DNA of 64,000 nucleotides from Minisyncoccota bacterium (GCA_041664265.1 JBAYLD010000001.1:134358-198357); one strand, 5' to 3'. Counted from the first letter of the stretch, positions 53,744 to 63,597 are shown. The notes: generated by a model from the sequence alone, not told the origin. Numbers and translations are program-made.

Positions 53744-54226
53744 CTACTCTGAAACGCGCTTGAAATTTTTCAACACGAGCGGTGTGCCCTGCTCAATGTT
53801 CTGCGAGCGCGCAAATCCCGCAGCAGTCTCAAGGACATATCGCGCCGGCGCCGATGGGTAAAAGACATTTGGATAGGTGGACGTCGCGACGTCTTCCTTA
53901 ACGGACACGACGTTCCCGTCAGAATCAAGCCAGAAGATGTCGATCGGCACGAGCATATCCTTCATCCATATGCCGTAATAGTCATCTTCTATAAAGACGA
54001 ACAGCATCCCATAGTTGCTTGGGAGGCTTTCTCGGCCCCCCAGACCCTTCTCTCGTGCGGTTGTCGTTGTTGCATACTCAAGCTTCAAGGACACCCCGCC
54101 AAACTCTGCGGTTGGCCTCTCTGACGCCGCCGGCTCCGCCGGCGGCGTTGATGTCCTATAGACAAAAAATATCGCCCCGCTCACCGCAACAGCTATGAGA
54201 AACACTCCATACAAATACCGCATCAT
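53744..54226 (-). CDS. DUF192-family (COG1430) protein, N-terminal TM anchor
   Basis: 160 aa. LKLEYATTTTAREKGLGGRESLPSNYGMLFVF...LVPIDIFWLDSDGNVV is typical of DUF192. Confidence 0.55.
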   Translation of the reverse strand: MMRYLYGVFLIAVAVSGAIFFVYRTSTPPAEPAASERPTAEFGGVSLKLEYATTTTAREKGLGGRESLPSNYGMLFVFIEDDYYGIWMKDMLVPIDIFWLDSDGNVVSVKEDVATSTYPNVFYPSAPARYVLETAAGFARSQNIEQGTPLVLKNFKRVSE

Positions 54227-54249
54227 ACCCTCGATGTATCACGACAACA

Positions 54250-55482
54250 TTAGTCCTTGATCCGGCCGCGGAGTTTTTCTGCGGTGAGAATTCGCTCGAT
54301 GGCGAGAATGTAGGCAGATTGGCGGAGTGTAATCGCCCCCACCCGTTCCTCATAGAGATGGCAGACACGGTCCCACGTATCCCACATCTTCTTTACAAGC
54401 AACTTGCGGAGGTATTCTTCTTCAAGAATCTGCCCCGTTCGGTTCTGTGCCCATTCAAAGTAGCTCACGATGACCCCGCCTGAGTTCGCCACAATATCAG
54501 GAATGACCATTATCTCGTTCTTCGCTAAGATACCATCAGCCTCATAGGTAATCGGACCATTCGCGAGCTCGATGATATGGCTCGCTTTAATCTTTGCCGC
54601 ATTATCTTTGGTGATCTGATTCTCGAGTGCCGCGAGGACTAGGATGTCGGTCGGTAACTCCAACAGTTCGGCATTGGTGATCTTCTTACCGGAGGTATAT
54701 TCGCCGACCTGCTGACAGTTCTTTTTTAGCGCGATGAGCGCTGGGATATCTAGCCCAGCTTCGTCATAAATCCCGCCCTTACTATCAGAAACAGCGACGA
54801 TCTTGAAACCGTCTTCGTATAGCTTCTGGGTCATGAAGAGTCCGGCATTGCCGAACCCTTGGACAACTACTCGTAAATTCTCGCGGCCCGTTAAAAAAGT
54901 GTCGACCATCTTCTTCGCGATCAGATACCCGCCTTGAGCGGTCGCATCGCCACGCATCGCGATACCGCCGAGCTCGACCGGCTTCCCTGTGATCATCCCC
55001 GGCTCATGATGTTCAACCCGCTTCTCGAATTCATCGAGCATCCAAGACATAATCTGACCGTCGGTGTAGACATCGGGGGCCGGAATATCCTTGTCCTGCC
55101 CGAGGTAGCGGCAAAATGCATCAACATATTTTCGGCTCACCTCTTCAAGTTCCGCCCTATCAGCCGCCTTTGGGTCGAAGGCGACACCGCCCTTGGCGCC
55201 GCCATATGGGATGCCCGCCAACGAATTCTTCAACGCCATCCAGAAGGCAAGCGACTTCACTTCGTCTTCATTCACGTCTGGATGGAAGCGGATACCGCCC
55301 TTGCCGGGGCCAAGCGCCCGGTTATAAATAATCCGCCACGCGGGATACCGCTTCCCTTTGACGCTTAATTCAGAATAGTTAACCTGCACCGGGTCAAGGA
55401 GCACCGCCATGTCGGCGTCGCTAATATGCTCTATCCCCTGCACATCCTTCAAACGCTTCAGGTTATCTTCAGAAATGCTCAT
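54250..55482 (-). CDS. gdhA: Glutamate dehydrogenase (Glu/Leu/Phe/Val dehydrogenase family)
   Basis: 410 aa. KGGIRFHPDVNEDEVKSLAFWMALKNSLAGIPYGGAKGG catalytic signature, and C-terminal NAD(P)-binding GFGNAG. Confidence 0.85.
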   Translation of the reverse strand: MSISEDNLKRLKDVQGIEHISDADMAVLLDPVQVNYSELSVKGKRYPAWRIIYNRALGPGKGGIRFHPDVNEDEVKSLAFWMALKNSLAGIPYGGAKGGVAFDPKAADRAELEEVSRKYVDAFCRYLGQDKDIPAPDVYTDGQIMSWMLDEFEKRVEHHEPGMITGKPVELGGIAMRGDATAQGGYLIAKKMVDTFLTGRENLRVVVQGFGNAGLFMTQKLYEDGFKIVAVSDSKGGIYDEAGLDIPALIALKKNCQQVGEYTSGKKITNAELLELPTDILVLAALENQITKDNAAKIKASHIIELANGPITYEADGILAKNEIMVIPDIVANSGGVIVSYFEWAQNRTGQILEEEYLRKLLVKKMWDTWDRVCHLYEERVGAITLRQSAYILAIERILTAEKLRGRIKD

Positions 55483-55580
55483 GTTCTGTGTCTGTTATTA
55501 CGCGTGTAACACGCCCCATCTTTCAAAGTATATACCAAAATAGAGAAAGGCGCGGATGGTGGCATCCGCGCCTTTTGGGA

Positions 55581-56009
55581 TCATATCCCGATTCTCGGGG
55601 CGTTCATGTATTCTTTTTCCCTCCTTCGCCTTTCGGTATACGAGGGCTTCACGAGAGCCACCGGGGAACCCAAGTAACAGATCACCCGTCCTTTCTTCCT
55701 GCACCCATCAGTGGAGCAGGCTCCATATCTTGCCCCTCGACATCCGTTCCTTTTCCGGGATCCGAGTACAGTCACCTCTGTGCGACAGACTTCACATCGA
55801 ATCTCGGAACTTTCTACTTCTTGATAAGACACCTCCTTCCCTTTTTCAGAACACTCCTTATTTGTGCAGCTAGCGTACACGGCCTTTCTCAACTTTTCTG
55901 TTTTCTCGCGAGCCCCGTGTACGTCAACCTTGTGCCCGCAGACCCTACAATGCTCAACGAGCTCTTTCATACACTGTTCCAAAAACCCTTTCTTCGCTTT
56001 GGTACTCAC
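55581..56009 (-). CDS. Hypothetical Cys-rich (zinc-ribbon-like) protein, GTG start
   Basis: 142 aa with several CxxC pairs (CRVCGHK, CEVCRTE, ...). Weak RBS. Could be non-coding. Confidence 0.25.
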   Translation of the reverse strand: MSTKAKKGFLEQCMKELVEHCRVCGHKVDVHGAREKTEKLRKAVYASCTNKECSEKGKEVSYQEVESSEIRCEVCRTEVTVLGSRKRNGCRGARYGACSTDGCRKKGRVICYLGSPVALVKPSYTERRRREKEYMNAPRIGI

Positions 56010-56064
56010 CCCCTTTCAAAGACCAGCTCTTTGTACTCTGGTTCTGCCGAGACTATACCATGGG

Positions 56065-56151
56065 CGGAGGCGGAGAGATTCGAACTCTCGAGACCCTTTC
56101 GAGCCTGCCGCCTTTCCAAGGCGGTGGAATAAACCGCTATCCGACGCCTCC
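56065..56151 (-). tRNA. tRNA-Ser (anticodon GGA)
   Basis: Reverse complement GGAGGCGTCGGATAGCGGTTTATTCCACCGCCTTGGAAAGGCGGCAGGCTCGAAAGGGTCTCGAGAGTTCGAATCTCTCCGCCTCCG. Long variable arm. Confidence 0.85.
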
Positions 56152-56181
56152 GTTCGTTCTGTTATAGCAGAAAAAACAAGA

Positions 56182-57093
56182 TTATGCCTGCGGGGCGAGG
56201 AGTGCTTTGATGCGATCGGGGATGGGCGGGTGGGTCGAAAACAATTTTCCCATCCAACCAGAACTACCCTTCCCGCCAGAGGCGGATGCGCCAAAAGGAT
56301 CGCCGATGAAGAGGTGCGCGGTCGCGAGGTTCGCCGAGCGCATCGGCGCGGTGTAGCTGCCTAATTTTTCTAGTGCTGAGGCGAGCCCTTCGGGGTAGCG
56401 GGTGAGCAACGCGCTTGAAGCATCAGCGAGGAACTCTCTCCGGCGCGAAATCGCGAGTTGGATCAGCTTCGCGGCTAAAGGAGCAAGAATGATTCCGACG
56501 ATCGCCAGAACCACAAAGAGCGCGTTCCCCTTCCCGCTGTCATCGCGCCGGCCCCCGCCCCAAAACGACATGCGCAGAAATATATCCGCGACGAGCGCGA
56601 TGAATCCAGCAAGTACGACGGCAACCGTCATAAGCAGAATATCGTTGTTCTTGATGTGCGAGAGCTCGTGGGCGATGACACCCTCAAGCTCGCTCCGACT
56701 CATCATCGCGAGCAGGCCGGTCGTCGCGGCTACGACCGCGTGTGCCTCGTCGCGACCAGTCGCGAAGGCGTTGGGCGCCGGATCGTCAACCACGTACAGC
56801 TTCGGCATCGGCAACCCCGCGGTCATGGCGAGATTCTCGGTGACCGTATAGAAGTCGAAGAACTCCTGCCGTGACGCTGGTCGTGCGTGATTCAGCGAGA
56901 GCACGAGCCTGTCGCTCGACCAATAGGCGTAGAAGTTAGTCGCGATAGCGATGGCTGCTGCTATAACTATGATAGCTGGGTCGCCGTAGTACCACGAGAT
57001 CGCATAGCCGACCGCCATAACGACGACCACGAACCCGAGCACCAGCGCCCATGTCCGGCGGATATTACTTGCACGCTGTTGATAGAGATCCAT
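56182..57093 (-). CDS. htpX: Protease HtpX (M48 family)
   Basis: 303 aa. HExxH as HELSHIKNND, four TM helices. Confidence 0.8.
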   Translation of the reverse strand: MDLYQQRASNIRRTWALVLGFVVVVMAVGYAISWYYGDPAIIVIAAAIAIATNFYAYWSSDRLVLSLNHARPASRQEFFDFYTVTENLAMTAGLPMPKLYVVDDPAPNAFATGRDEAHAVVAATTGLLAMMSRSELEGVIAHELSHIKNNDILLMTVAVVLAGFIALVADIFLRMSFWGGGRRDDSGKGNALFVVLAIVGIILAPLAAKLIQLAISRRREFLADASSALLTRYPEGLASALEKLGSYTAPMRSANLATAHLFIGDPFGASASGGKGSSGWMGKLFSTHPPIPDRIKALLAPQA

Positions 57094-57137
57094 ATAGTTG
57101 TGTCAAACACTCGGTGTTTGACAGATTCAGTATCGAA

Positions 57138-57716
57138 CTAGAATTGCACTTTGACCGGTTCGTTAGCTGCTTTATCTGACTCTGCAAGCTCGAAGAGATC
57201 CATCAGAGAGAAGCCGAATAGAGAGGCGATGATGTTGCCCGGGAATGACTGGATCGTGGTGTTGAGCGCCATCACGGTCGTGTTATAGAAGCGACGCGCG
57301 GCCTGGATCTTGTCTTCGGTATCGCCGAGCTCTTGCTGGAGCTGGAGGAAGTTCTGATTCGCTTTCAAATCCGGATACGCTTCTGAGACGGCAAAGAGCG
57401 TTTTTAAGGCGCCCGAGAGCTGATTCTCGGCCTGTACCTTGTCGGCAGTGCTGCCCGGCATCGAACTCGATGCCCCCATCGCAGCCGCACGCGCCTTGGT
57501 CACATTCTCAAACGCGCTTGATTCGTGTGCGGCATAACCCTTGACGGTCTCAACAAGATTCGGGATAAGGTCATAGCGGCGCTTCAACTGCACGGCGATA
57601 TCAGCCCATGCCTCCTTCGCGCGGTTGGTAAGCAACACGAGACGGTTAAAGGCGAACACGACCCAAAGCACGATTATGGCAACAAGAGCGAGAAGCACAA
57701 TGGTGGTGGTAGACAT
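57138..57716 (-). CDS. lemA: LemA-family protein
   Basis: Start set at MSTTTIVLL. AWADIAVQLKRRYDLIPNLVETVKGYAAHE is typical of LemA. Classic htpX-lemA pairing. Confidence 0.75.
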   Translation of the reverse strand: MSTTTIVLLALVAIIVLWVVFAFNRLVLLTNRAKEAWADIAVQLKRRYDLIPNLVETVKGYAAHESSAFENVTKARAAAMGASSSMPGSTADKVQAENQLSGALKTLFAVSEAYPDLKANQNFLQLQQELGDTEDKIQAARRFYNTTVMALNTTIQSFPGNIIASLFGFSLMDLFELAESDKAANEPVKVQF

Positions 57717-57738
57717 ATCTAGAAGTATACTACAAAAA

Positions 57739-59925
57739 ATGAACATGGAAGACACTCTCGAGAAGCACTTCACGCGGCTTAAGCCGGAGCAGAAGCGGGC
57801 GCTGCATAAGCTAAAAGTTCGCACGATACGCGACCTGCTCTATCACTTCCCCGCTCGCTATGAATCAGCCGGCCAGACAGTGACTATTGCCGGTATTTCA
57901 GCGGGTGCCGAGGTGACGCTTTACGGCACCATCAGGAAGCCCGATGTGCGGAAGACGTGGAAGAGCCGCCGCCCGATCGCCGAGGCGTGGCTCGAGGACG
58001 CTTCGGGCAAGATCAAGATGATGTGGTTCTCTCAGCCCTACATCGCCAAGACGCTCCATGACGGTATGGTGGTGAAGGTGAGCGGGAAGGTAGCGGGAGA
58101 AGGCACCAAGATCTATTTGGCAAATCCAGCGATTGATAAGTCACCTATCGCGCCTGATGCGGCAATTGACTCGCTCTTCACGAGCCGAGGAGACACCTCG
58201 CAGCGAGGAGTCACCTCAGCTCTGTATCCGATTTATCCCGAGAGCCAAGGTGTCTCCTCGCTCTGGTTCTTGCACGCGGTGAAGAAAATATTTGAGACGG
58301 GAGTGCACGAAGGCATTGAGGACCCAATCCCGCCTGAGATCCTTGCACGCTACAATTTGCCATCGCTCTCTGCCGCACTCGTGTTTATACACGCACCGAA
58401 GAAGCTTTCTGATGCCGCGGCGGCGCGCAAGCGCTTCGCCTTTGAAGAAATCTTCGCGCTTCAAATACGAATGCAACAAAATCGGCAATGTCGCAGTGAG
58501 GAGAGAGCCCTGGCAGTAAACGTGGACATAGCGGCGAGACGCCGCGTCAACGACTTCATCGCCTCGTTCCCCTTCCCCGCCACGGCCGCACAGACGCAGG
58601 CGATCGAAGCAATCGTCGCCGACTTCGAGAAATCAAACCCCATGTTGCGACTCCTCGAGGGCGACGTGGGCAGCGGTAAAACTGCCGTCGCCGCCGCGAC
58701 CGCTTATTTGGTGGCGACATCACTACCTCGCGGGCGGATCGCCGGCACACTCCAAGTCGCGTATCTCTGCCCCACCGAGATCCTCGCCAAACAGCACTTC
58801 TCTACCTTCGTCTCATATTTTAAAGACCACCCCATCCCAATCGGCCTTATCACCGGGAGCGAATGCCGCAAGTTCCCTTCTCGCGTGCGGTATGAAGAAT
58901 CCGCCAAGCTCTCGAAGGCGGCGTTTAAGAAGATGGTGGCGAATGGCGAGATCCCGATCGTCATCGGCACGCACGCGCTCATCGAGAAGTCGCTCGCCTT
59001 TAAATATTTTGCCTATGCGATCGTCGACGAACAGCATCGCTTCGGCACGGCGCACCGACAGAAGCTCGTTATGAAAGGTGATGTGGCCCCTCATTTACTC
59101 TCTATGACCGCGACGCCGATCCCGCGCACGCTCGCGCTCGCGCTCTATGGCGACCTTGATCTCACACTCCTCGACGAGATGCCGGTGGGTAGGAAAAAGG
59201 TCATTACCGAGGTACTGGGCTCAAAAGAGCGCGAACGCGCCTACGAGCGCGTTCGCGCCGAACTCGCCCTCGGCCACCAGGCGTATGTGATCTGCCCCCG
59301 AATAGACGAGCCTGACCCGGCCAAAGAGCTCGCGCTCCAAACCAAATCGGTAAAGGCCGAAGCGGCACGGCTCCAAAAAGAGGTCTTCCCTGAAGCAGTT
59401 ATAGACATCCTACACAGCAAGATGACGCCAAAAGAGAAGGAGGACGTGATGAAAGAATTTGAGAATGGAAAAATAAATATCCTCGTTGCAACGTCTGTAG
59501 TAGAAGTGGGTGTGAACGTCGCGAACGCGACCGTGATCCTTATTGAGGGCGCCGAACGATTCGGGCTCGCCCAGCTGCATCAGCTCCGCGGGCGAGTGAT
59601 CCGCTCGATCCATCAGTCCTACTGCTTCGCCCTGCCCGAGTCGAGCGGCGAGACCACGCGCGAGCGAATGAAAGCGTTTATGCAGGCGAAAAACGGCTTC
59701 GAGCTCGCCGAATATGACCTCGCGCTCCGTGGTGCGGGCGAGCTCGCGGGCGGCAAGCAGTGGGGTGTCTCTGACATCGCGATGGAGGCGTTAAAGAATA
59801 TTAAATTGGTCGAAGCCGCTCGCACCGAGGCGGCGACCCTCGTCGCCGCCGATCCCGACCTTAAAAACCACCCCGCCCTCTCCGCTCGCGCCGCCACGGC
59901 GGATAAAGAGATGCATTTAGAGTAA
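57739..59925 (+). CDS. recG: ATP-dependent DNA helicase RecG, carrying an in-frame palindromic-repeat insertion
   Basis: Start set at MNMEDTL. Walker A GDVGSGKTAV, DEQHRFG, wedge/OB N-terminal domain. The 79-nt inverted-repeat element at 58185-58263 encodes SRGDTSQRGVTSALYPIYPESQGVSS. Confidence 0.85.
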   Translation: MNMEDTLEKHFTRLKPEQKRALHKLKVRTIRDLLYHFPARYESAGQTVTIAGISAGAEVTLYGTIRKPDVRKTWKSRRPIAEAWLEDASGKIKMMWFSQPYIAKTLHDGMVVKVSGKVAGEGTKIYLANPAIDKSPIAPDAAIDSLFTSRGDTSQRGVTSALYPIYPESQGVSSLWFLHAVKKIFETGVHEGIEDPIPPEILARYNLPSLSAALVFIHAPKKLSDAAAARKRFAFEEIFALQIRMQQNRQCRSEERALAVNVDIAARRRVNDFIASFPFPATAAQTQAIEAIVADFEKSNPMLRLLEGDVGSGKTAVAAATAYLVATSLPRGRIAGTLQVAYLCPTEILAKQHFSTFVSYFKDHPIPIGLITGSECRKFPSRVRYEESAKLSKAAFKKMVANGEIPIVIGTHALIEKSLAFKYFAYAIVDEQHRFGTAHRQKLVMKGDVAPHLLSMTATPIPRTLALALYGDLDLTLLDEMPVGRKKVITEVLGSKERERAYERVRAELALGHQAYVICPRIDEPDPAKELALQTKSVKAEAARLQKEVFPEAVIDILHSKMTPKEKEDVMKEFENGKINILVATSVVEVGVNVANATVILIEGAERFGLAQLHQLRGRVIRSIHQSYCFALPESSGETTRERMKAFMQAKNGFELAEYDLALRGAGELAGGKQWGVSDIAMEALKNIKLVEAARTEAATLVAADPDLKNHPALSARAATADKEMHLE
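58185..58263. repeat. Intragenic palindromic repeat in recG (GGAGACACCTCGC family)
   Basis: ccgaggagacacctcgcagcgaggagtcacctc...ccaaggtgtctcctcgctc. 12-14 bp terminal inverted repeats. The core is shared with tsaD 31763-31794 (aggagacacctcgccttcgcgaggagtcacct). Confidence 0.6.
59869..59918 (+). repeat. 50-bp perfect direct repeat, copy 1 (3' end of recG)
   Basis: caccccgccctctccgctcgcgccgccacggcggataaagagatgcattt. Identical copy at 60464-60513. Confidence 0.9.
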
Positions 59926-59949
59926 TGGTGTAGAATTAAAGAAAGTCTT

Positions 59950-60411
59950 ATGAAAAACTATCCGAAAATAAATATAGGCATTGGTGGCGTTATCCTTCGC
60001 GGCAAGTCAAAAATCCTTCTGACTAAACGGAAAACTGACCCGTCGGTTTGGACAATTCCAAGCGGCTATATGGAGAAAGATGAAAATATATTTGAAACAA
60101 TCATAAGAGAGGCGAAGGAGGAAACAAATATTGTCATAAAACCACGAGGTGTTGTTGGAGTACGGCAGCGAATTACCGAAAAAGAAGGAAATAACTTTTG
60201 GATACTTACAATCGCTGATTACAAATCTGGGAAAGTCACGCCGGACAATTCTGAAATTTTAGAAACGCAATTCATACCATTATCAAAGGCTTTACAAGAA
60301 AAAATAACACCTGTGACCAAATACATACTAAAAATGCTATTAAAAAATAAACTGCAGATTCTTCTGCCGCAAAAAAGTCTTGATCAGAAACAGTATAGGC
60401 TTTTTTCTTAG
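59950..60411 (+). CDS. Nudix hydrolase (on an AT-rich inserted cassette)
   Basis: 153 aa. Nudix box GYMEKDENIFETIIREAKEETNI. Local base composition is clearly more AT-rich than the surroundings. Confidence 0.75.
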   Translation: MKNYPKINIGIGGVILRGKSKILLTKRKTDPSVWTIPSGYMEKDENIFETIIREAKEETNIVIKPRGVVGVRQRITEKEGNNFWILTIADYKSGKVTPDNSEILETQFIPLSKALQEKITPVTKYILKMLLKNKLQILLPQKSLDQKQYRLFS

Positions 60412-60463
60412 AGTTAAGCTCTCATAAATATGAAAAGCAGAAGCAGGAGAAGTTTACCACATT

Positions 60464-60513
60464 CACCCCGCCCTCTCCGCTCGCGCCGCCACGGCGGATA
60501 AAGAGATGCATTT
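60464..60513 (+). repeat. 50-bp perfect direct repeat, copy 2 (recreates a recG-like 3' end, ...EMHLE stop)
   Basis: Identical to 59869-59918, followed by ggaataa. Confidence 0.9.
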
Positions 60514-60545
60514 GGAATAAATATGGACTTACGATGTCCATAACT

Positions 60546-60620
60546 TGGTACGCCCAGAGGGACTCGAACCCCCAACCAATCGCGTATAAGGCGACTGCTC
60601 TACCATTGAGCTATGGGCGT
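60546..60620 (-). tRNA. tRNA-Ile (anticodon TAT), CCA encoded
   Basis: Reverse complement ACGCCCATAGCTCAATGGTAGAGCAGTCGCCTTATACGCGATTGGTTGGGGGTTCGAGTCCCTCTGGGCGTACCA. Anticodon loop CTTATAC. A1-U72 acceptor pair. Confidence 0.75.
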
Positions 60621-60633
60621 GTGCAGCACGTGC

Positions 60634-62559
60634 TTATACTACCGCAATTTGGTCTTCTTCGCGCTTTTTGGGGATGATGCCGTGGGCGATGAGGATCTTC
60701 TCGAAGCCAGCGCGCTCGACGGTCTCCTTCTCGATGAGCTCTTTGGCGATGGCGTCGAGCGCGTCGCGATGCTCACTGATAACCTTCTTCGCGCGCGCCT
60801 TCGCCTCCTCAATAATGCGCGCAACCTCTGAATCGATCTCGGCAGCGACATGGTCAGAGTACGGCTCGTTCCCGAGTTGACGATCGCCAAACGCGATCGG
60901 CCCCAACTTCTCGCTCATGCCATAGCGGATCACCATATCGCGCGCGATCGCTGTGATGACCATAAGATCATTAGAAGGACCGGTCGTGACATCGTTGAAG
61001 AGCATCTCCTCCGCGACATAGCCACCCAAGGTCGCCGCAATATCATCAAGAAACTGCTTCTTTGAGAACAATTTTTTGTCTTCAAAGGGGAGTTTGAGCG
61101 TATAGCCAGCCGCGCGCCCGCGGCTGATGATGGAGATCTTGTGCACCGGATCGGCATGCTCGAGTATCGAGGAGACAAGCGCGTGGCCGGCTTCATGATA
61201 CGCCGTGAGCTCCTTCTCCTTCTTTGAGAGCAAGTGGCTCTTGCGTTCGGGCCCGAGCATCACCTTCTCGATGGAGCGGATCAGGTCATATTGGGTTATT
61301 TCTGTCCGACTCTCGCGCGCAGCGAGAATCGCACCCTCGTTCATGAGGCTGTAGAGCTCGGCGCCTGAGAAGCCGGGCGTTCGCTCGGCGACAACAGCGA
61401 GGCTCACATCAGGACCCAAGGGCTTCTTGCGCGCGTGGATCTGCAATATTTCTTCGCGATCGCGCCGGTCGGGTAAGTCGATAGTCACGCGCCGGTCGAA
61501 GCGCCCCGGCCGCAAGAGCGCGGAGTCAAGCACATCGGGCCGGTTCGTCGCCGCCATGACCACAACCTTTTCGTGGGGTTCAAAGCCGTCCATCTCGACA
61601 AGAATCTGGTTGAGCGTCTGTTCGCGCTCGTCGTTGCCGCCGCCCATCCCCGAGCCGCGCACGCGACCAACCGCATCGATCTCATCGATAAAGATGATCG
61701 CGGGCGCGGCCTTCTTCGCCATTTGGAAGAGGTCGCGCACGCGCGAAGCACCGACCCCGACGAACATCTCGACGAACTCGGAGCCCGAAATAGAAAAAAA
61801 CGGCACTCCAGCCTCGCCCGCGACCGCGCGCGCGAGGAGGGTCTTCCCTGTCCCAGGCGCGCCCATGAGAATGATGCCCTTGGGGATACGCGCGCCGATA
61901 TCGAGAAACTTCTTTGGGTTCTTGAGGAAGTCGACGATCTCAAGCAACTCCTCCTTTGCTTCGCGCGCACCCGCAACATCGGCAAAGGTCACGCGCTGCG
62001 TCACGTCGGCCGGATCGATAACGCGCGCCTTCGACTGCCCGAAGGTGAATGCCTGCATACCCGCGCCCCGTACCTGCCGTGAGAGGAACCAGAAGAGAAA
62101 TGCGACGAACAAGAGCATCAAGACGGTCGGGCCGAGCGTCACGAGCCAGAATTCAAGCCCCGATTGGCCCTGGATCGTGATAGCGACTTTGGCGAGTTCT
62201 GTGGGCGTCACGCCATACGTCGCCAGGGTTTCGGGGAGACCGGCGGAGGGATCCTTGCGCGAGGACTTTACCGATCCATCGACATACGTGAGGTTAAGAG
62301 AATCACCGCTCACGGTAATCGAGCTCACCTTCCCCAAGACGACATCGGCAGCGACAGCCGAGAGCGGGATCTCGTCCGTCGGCTGGACGAAGCTCGCCAC
62401 CAGCGAGTATGCGCTCATCAAGAAAAGGAATATGAGGATCGTCGTTGTGAGATTGCCAAAGAAGGATGGGCCGCCAATAATGCGGCGCCAGCCGCGGCGC
62501 CCCTTCGGGGGCATCGCGGTTTTTCTGATCTTCGGTTTTTTTGCTGGTGCTGGTGCCAT
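60634..62559 (-). CDS. ftsH: ATP-dependent zinc metalloprotease FtsH
   Basis: Walker [22 protein letters not shown] region, HEAGHAL zinc motif. Start moved to MAPAPAKK (62559) because the ORF-track N-terminus (to 62646) overlaps the tmRNA 3' end. Confidence 0.9.
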   Translation of the reverse strand: MAPAPAKKPKIRKTAMPPKGRRGWRRIIGGPSFFGNLTTTILIFLFLMSAYSLVASFVQPTDEIPLSAVAADVVLGKVSSITVSGDSLNLTYVDGSVKSSRKDPSAGLPETLATYGVTPTELAKVAITIQGQSGLEFWLVTLGPTVLMLLFVAFLFWFLSRQVRGAGMQAFTFGQSKARVIDPADVTQRVTFADVAGAREAKEELLEIVDFLKNPKKFLDIGARIPKGIILMGAPGTGKTLLARAVAGEAGVPFFSISGSEFVEMFVGVGASRVRDLFQMAKKAAPAIIFIDEIDAVGRVRGSGMGGGNDEREQTLNQILVEMDGFEPHEKVVVMAATNRPDVLDSALLRPGRFDRRVTIDLPDRRDREEILQIHARKKPLGPDVSLAVVAERTPGFSGAELYSLMNEGAILAARESRTEITQYDLIRSIEKVMLGPERKSHLLSKKEKELTAYHEAGHALVSSILEHADPVHKISIISRGRAAGYTLKLPFEDKKLFSKKQFLDDIAATLGGYVAEEMLFNDVTTGPSNDLMVITAIARDMVIRYGMSEKLGPIAFGDRQLGNEPYSDHVAAEIDSEVARIIEEAKARAKKVISEHRDALDAIAKELIEKETVERAGFEKILIAHGIIPKKREEDQIAVV

Positions 62560-62584
62560 ACAGAGCACTATACCTTGTTTTTTG

Positions 62585-62981
62585 TGGAGGTGTCGAGAGT
62601 CGAACTCGAGTCCGAATCCATCAATGAAAGCGAGTCTACGACGCATAGTCAGCGTTAATTTTAGGGCAGGATGCGAAGAACGCAGACGAAACCATTCCTG
62701 CCCGATCCCTTATTTAGACGCGCCGGGCGGGAGGCCGGGCATCGATCCTACAGAATATTCCGCCCCTGCCTCCGGCTGTAAGAACCCGAGAGGAGAGACG
62801 TCGCTAGGCGAGCGGTTAGGCTGCGTAGGCGAACGCGAAGTCACGCGCACCGAAGTACGGAGACTTCACGCTTGCAAGAGTGTTCTTGGCAAGTTTGGTT
62901 GCTTGTTGGATGTAAGTGTCATACAAGCTTGCACTGCGTCGCACGTCTTTCAAAGTACAGACCGTCAAAGCCGGTCACCCC
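62585..62981 (-). ncRNA. ssrA: tmRNA (transfer-messenger RNA)
   Basis: Minus-strand 5' GGGGGTGACCGGCTTTGACGG (E. coli GGGGCUGAUUCUGGAUUCGACGG). 3' GGATTCGGACTCGAGTTCGACTCTCGACACCTCCA tRNA-like T-arm and acceptor. Candidate tag ORF ...GCG CGT GAC TTC GCG TTC GCC TAC GCA GCC TAA ([10 protein letters not shown]). Directly downstream of smpB. Confidence 0.8.
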
Positions 62982-63031
62982 CTGTCAATTGATACGCACG
63001 AATGCCTACAAACTGACAGTGATTGATCGAA

Positions 63032-63475
63032 TCATCGGGTTTTCAAAACGCGTTCTGCTTCGCGCGCCGCATCACGCTTCTTCAGGTCTTCGCGCTTATC
63101 CGCTTTGCCCTTGCCGCGGACGATCGCGATGCGCGCCTTCACAAACCTGCCTGCAGTATACACTTCAAGTGGGATAATTGTCAAGCCCTTCTTCGCCTCG
63201 GCATCGGCGAGGAGTGCGATTTCTTTTTTGTTGAGCAGGAGGCGCCGCGCCCGCTCGGGGTCATATCCTTTCTGTATATTCGCCGCCTGATAGGGCGGGA
63301 TGGTCATGCCGACGATAAACGCCTCGCCGCCGCGCACCACCACACGCGCGCCATCGAGCGAGCCGAGCTTGTTGCGGAGTGCCTTTACTTCTTGCCCAGA
63401 CAGCTCGATCCCCGCCGCAAAACTCTCAAGCGGCGCGAATTTAAGGGTGGCTTTTTTGTATTCAATCAGGACCAT
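63032..63475 (-). CDS. smpB: SsrA-binding protein
   Basis: 147 aa. IELSGQEVKALRNK, GMTIPPY, LLLNKKEI, and a C-terminal basic tail. Confidence 0.9.
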   Translation of the reverse strand: MVLIEYKKATLKFAPLESFAAGIELSGQEVKALRNKLGSLDGARVVVRGGEAFIVGMTIPPYQAANIQKGYDPERARRLLLNKKEIALLADAEAKKGLTIIPLEVYTAGRFVKARIAIVRGKGKADKREDLKKRDAAREAERVLKTR

Positions 63476-63597
63476 ATTTGACAGTATACTCTACGTTGCA
63501 TTTCATTGACATTCTTGTTATTCTCCGTCCGGATAGTCAGCCCAGTGGGGGCTACAAATAACGCACATTTCGTTAGACGGAAGGGGGTGAAAAACCG

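Noticed and set aside
62585-62646. Long N-terminal extension of ftsH (start at 62646)
   Set aside because: It would overlap the 3' acceptor arm of the tmRNA. An in-frame ATG at 62559 gives a normal FtsH N-terminus, so the extension is unlikely to be translated.
61427-62992. 521-aa plus-strand ORF, with 62164..62658 (+) and 62872..63177 (+)
   Set aside because: Antisense to ftsH and overlapping the tmRNA gene. Low-complexity Ser/Arg/Pro-rich translation.
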